A DNA stretch of 27,697 bases, taken from a virus (taxonomy: Duplodnaviria; Caudoviricetes). The stretch covers positions 1-27,697 of the IMG/VR virus record IMGVR_UViG_3300011434_000020; one strand, 5' to 3'. The notes beneath the pieces were generated by a model. The model saw only the letters and a list, made by a program, of their open reading frames with translations. It had not been told where the DNA came from and searched no databases. This document shows positions 24,986 to 27,697 of the stretch, piece by piece (within the stretch, counting starts at the first letter, position 1; each line of letters begins with the position of its first letter). Position numbers and translations under genes: made by a program.

Positions 24986-25209
24986 TGGATTACAACTCCT
25001 ACTTAGATAAGGTTTACGAGTACATGCAATACCTTGGTGTTCCTGAAATGGTTCTCTACTACGAACCAGAATCAGTAGCACAATCGTTTGGACCCGTAAT
25101 ACATCATGGGTTCCACTTCTCAATCTCTCCTAGAATGTGTGCAATCATGCTGTTTAGCTTGACTATACACAAAGTGCAGGAGTCTTCGAGCCAAGAGAGA
25201 ATCCATTGA
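24985..25209 (+). CDS. hypothetical protein
   Basis: Start reassigned to MDYNSY (TGATG coupling). Confidence 0.65.
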   Translation: MDYNSYLDKVYEYMQYLGVPEMVLYYEPESVAQSFGPVIHHGFHFSISPRMCAIMLFSLTIHKVQESSSQERIH

Positions 25210-25280
25210 TAGACTTAATCGCTTGGCTCCCTGTTCTTATCATTTGTGCTTACTTCGTAAGAGAGTCTCTGGATTACTAA
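25206..25280 (+). CDS. possible 24 aa single-pass membrane peptide
   Basis: TTG start overlapping the previous stop; MIDLIAWLPVLIICAYFVRESLDY. Confidence 0.35.
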   Translation: MIDLIAWLPVLIICAYFVRESLDY

Positions 25281-25429
25281 AAGGAAGGTGCATCATGGAG
25301 TGAAATAACCATATATTTGGTTAACTTCATGAAAGGGGTATGGAATGCGATAAAAAAGAAGAGGGGATTAATAAAAGGTCCAAGCGCAACAAACCTTCTG
25401 CAATAAGATGGATAGCTTGGTAAATCTAA

Positions 25430-25478
25430 TTGCTCCCCTCCTTGTGTTCTCTAAGGAGAATAGAAGGAGAGGAGGTAA
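25430..25478 (+). promoter_or_regulatory. hairpin occluding the RBS of the kinase gene
   Basis: CTCCCCTCCTTGTGTTCTC pairs with GAGAATAGAAGGAGAGGAG around a TAAG loop; SD AGGAGGT lies in the 3' arm. Confidence 0.65.
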
Positions 25479-25481
25479 TGA

Positions 25482-25856
25482 ATGAGGCAAATCTACTTGA
25501 TACGTGGATTGCCCGGTTCAGGTAAGACAACCTTTGCTAAGAAAATTGCAAGAATTGTCTATGAAGCTGACATGTTCTTCGAGAAAGATGGAGACTATCA
25601 GTATGACAGAGAGAGATTAGCAGAGGCTCACGCTTGGTGTAAGGAAAGGGTTAAAGAAGCAATGTTGAATGGCTTTAACCCAATCGCAGTAGCTAACACC
25701 TTCGTTAAGCGTTGGGAAATGGAAGACTACCTGAAACTGGCAGAAGCTAATTACTACACAGTAACAGAAGTTACTATGAGTGGTCCAGTAAGGAAGAGCG
25801 TTCATAAAGTGCCAGACGAAACGATTGAGAGAATGAGGCTCAATTGGGAGAGATGA
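25482..25856 (+). CDS. P-loop kinase (AAA_33 / polynucleotide-kinase-like)
   Basis: LIRGLPGSGKTT Walker A, EADMFF, AHAWC, VANTF, HKVPDETIERM. Confidence 0.85.
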   Translation: MRQIYLIRGLPGSGKTTFAKKIARIVYEADMFFEKDGDYQYDRERLAEAHAWCKERVKEAMLNGFNPIAVANTFVKRWEMEDYLKLAEANYYTVTEVTMSGPVRKSVHKVPDETIERMRLNWER

Positions 25857-25857
25857 A

Positions 25858-25968
25858 ATGAGTAAATACAGCATCATTTGTCAATACTGTAAGCGTAGGT
25901 TCTTTGGCGCAAAACAGAATGCAGATGCAAAGTGTTGTGCATTCTGCTGGAGTAAGAGAAATGGATAG
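25858..25968 (+). CDS. 36 aa zinc-finger microprotein
   Basis: Not in track; MSKYSIICQYCKRRFFGAKQNADAKCCAFCWSKRNG; GGAG RBS. Confidence 0.55.
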   Translation: MSKYSIICQYCKRRFFGAKQNADAKCCAFCWSKRNG

Positions 25969-26359
25969 ACGAGAAACAAATCAGAAGTGGTATTACTCCT
26001 TCGATGAGAAGAGAATGGTAATCATTCTTAAAGAAGAACCAGAAGAGGGAGAAGTAAACGAAGTGCCAGCCAAGTATGAAGTCTGTGGCACTTGTAATGG
26101 CAAAGGTTCTCATGTTAATCCATCCATTGATAGTAATGGATTAAGTGCTGAAGACTTTGCAGAAGATAGAGACTTTGAAGAGATGTATTTCTCTGGTGGC
26201 TTTGACGTTTCCTGTAATGAATGCAAAGGAAACAAAGTAGTTCCTGAAGTTAACTGGGATTCCCTTACTCAAGAAGAGAAAGACCACGTAACACAAATCA
26301 TCGATGACCACTATGCCTATCAAATGGAAATGGCATGGGAAAGGAAGATGGGTTGGTAA
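25961..26359 (+). CDS. protein with DnaJ-type CxxCxGxG zinc motifs
   Basis: CGTCNGKG and CNECKGNK; start reassigned to MDRRETN (GGAG RBS). Confidence 0.75.
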   Translation: MDRRETNQKWYYSFDEKRMVIILKEEPEEGEVNEVPAKYEVCGTCNGKGSHVNPSIDSNGLSAEDFAEDRDFEEMYFSGGFDVSCNECKGNKVVPEVNWDSLTQEEKDHVTQIIDDHYAYQMEMAWERKMGW

Positions 26360-26526
26360 TGAAGAAAGAAAAGATTACAAGAGAGAACTGGGTTGAACTA
26401 GTAAGACTCTGTGATTGGTGCAAGAAAGAGATTGTTGTTAAAGCAATCTGTGAGAGTGAAATATTCTGTTCAGAGAAATGTGCATTAGATTATATAGATG
26501 CACTGAATAAAGAGACAGTTCACTAA
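26359..26526 (+). CDS. small TRASH/YHS-like zinc-finger protein
   Basis: CDWC...FCSEKC; TAATG coupling. Confidence 0.65.
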   Translation: MKKEKITRENWVELVRLCDWCKKEIVVKAICESEIFCSEKCALDYIDALNKETVH

Positions 26527-26554
26527 CTCCGCCTCGGTCCATAAAGAAGGACAT

Positions 26555-26791
26555 ATGATAGAGAATCAAGAAGCAACCAGAAAAAGAGCATTGGATATTG
26601 CTTATGCCTTTCAGAAAATTGCAAAGGCTAATCATTACATGGTTACATTCAATGCCAATGTAACTGATGAAGAACTAGAGATTGCCAAACAGTTTCTCAT
26701 TAGCTGGAGTAACACCTACAACAATAGCAATCTAGAATTGGAACTGGCATTGGACCTGATAGAGATGGAGATGAAAGGGCGAAAGCTTTGA
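26555..26791 (+). CDS. hypothetical protein
   Basis: AAGGA RBS, 78 aa. Confidence 0.7.
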   Translation: MIENQEATRKRALDIAYAFQKIAKANHYMVTFNANVTDEELEIAKQFLISWSNTYNNSNLELELALDLIEMEMKGRKL

Positions 26792-27051
26792 AACGAAACC
26801 ATCTATGGGATTGCAATGCCTGTCTAGAACCACAGCATTGTGATTGCGAGTGTAAGACTTGCAGAAAGGCAAAAGGCATGACTGTGTATGTAGTCTATGA
26901 AGATATGCCAGACAAAGTATTCAATTGGAGAAACGTAATCCAGATTGATAAACTTGAGAATGGACATTTGATTCTCATGTTTGGTCCGAATGAAGATGGA
27001 ATCATAGAGACTAATCTTCATAACGTAATGAAGTGTGAGGTAATGGAGTAA
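26788..27051 (+). CDS. Cys-rich hypothetical protein
   Basis: TTG start overlapping the previous stop; CNAC...CDCECKTC. Confidence 0.6.
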   Translation: MKRNHLWDCNACLEPQHCDCECKTCRKAKGMTVYVVYEDMPDKVFNWRNVIQIDKLENGHLILMFGPNEDGIIETNLHNVMKCEVME

Positions 27052-27056
27052 CTAAT

Positions 27057-27272
27057 ATGGCAACACTGTTAGAGAAAGCTTTGGCATACAAGTCAAAGAA
27101 ACGACCGAACAACAAGATGAGTAAGGAAGAACTGGAACTAGTAACCGCTTGGCTTAATGATGAGATTCAATTGAATGCAATCATTCAAGCTAAAGGTATC
27201 CAGTCAGGTGCTCAAGTCTATTGCTTTCTAGCACTAGGATGTAGAGAGTTATGGAGAAGGAGTAAAAGGTAA
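27057..27272 (+). CDS. hypothetical protein
   Basis: GGAG RBS, 71 aa. Confidence 0.7.
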   Translation: MATLLEKALAYKSKKRPNNKMSKEELELVTAWLNDEIQLNAIIQAKGIQSGAQVYCFLALGCRELWRRSKR

Positions 27273-27274
27273 CA

Positions 27275-27493
27275 ATGACCAACAAACTTCTAATCAAACG
27301 AATAGAAGTTAGGTTCCGAACCGGAAGCACAGTAGACTTCCATAACGTTAGCCGGTTCATCTTTGAGAATGGCAAGTTCATTATCAGAGACAGAGGTAGT
27401 GACTATGAGTATGACATATTTGATGTTCATGGAATGGACATCAAAGAACTAATGAAGCCAGTGCCCAATATGAATCTTCCATTTGAGGAGTAA
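27275..27493 (+). CDS. hypothetical protein
   Basis: AAGG RBS, 72 aa. Confidence 0.7.
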   Translation: MTNKLLIKRIEVRFRTGSTVDFHNVSRFIFENGKFIIRDRGSDYEYDIFDVHGMDIKELMKPVPNMNLPFEE

Positions 27494-27498
27494 TTAGT

Positions 27499-27697
27499 AT
27501 GATTAGAGATTTGATTAAGCAACTGAGGTATACTGCCGAAGTATTAGAGCAGTTCGTTGGCCCGGCTTCCCAAGCCCAAGAAACAGTGCATATGAGTGGG
27601 ACTCCTATGAAACGTTCCAATGATGAGATATTGGAATTGTTTGCTGATGGCTTTAACAATGCAGCCATGAAGAAACCTGTTCCTTATCGCTGGTCTA
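27499..27697 (+). CDS. hypothetical protein, truncated by window end
   Basis: GAGGAG RBS; MIRDLIKQLRYTAEVLEQF... open to the end. Confidence 0.65.
   Translation, partial: MIRDLIKQLRYTAEVLEQFVGPASQAQETVHMSGTPMKRSNDEILELFADGFNNAAMKKPVPYRWS

Overview
Part of a tailed dsDNA phage genome with podovirus-like (P22/T7-type) gene order; the host cannot be assigned from the sequence. Bases 1-20.8 kb are a minus-strand morphogenesis operon: a candidate small terminase (HTH), about 10 small accessory genes, large terminase, portal, scaffold, major capsid, adaptor, nozzle, FN3-like tail protein, two related fibres, a GNAT-like protein and the start of a probable ejection protein. A divergent control region (20.8-21.5 kb) holds short tandem repeats and a structured leader. 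Plus-strand early genes follow. The main discovery is at 21511-24217: six consecutive early-gene units each sit in the loop of their own unique 25-37 bp long-range inverted repeat. The stems abut almost without gaps, and their imperfections are mostly G-U wobbles on the + strand (hand count 18 G-U vs 2 A-C), which implies a giant multi-branched mRNA fold, probably for nuclease processing or translational timing. One enclosed gene encodes a ribosomal bL12 C-terminal-domain-like protein. Other notable items are a ~500 bp quasi-palindromic origin-like region with a strong sigma70-type promoter, one or two Acb2/Tad1-like candidate anti-defence sponge proteins, and a structured intergenic element upstream of the terminase genes. 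All pairings were read by eye and all protein calls are from motif recognition and synteny; no searches were run.
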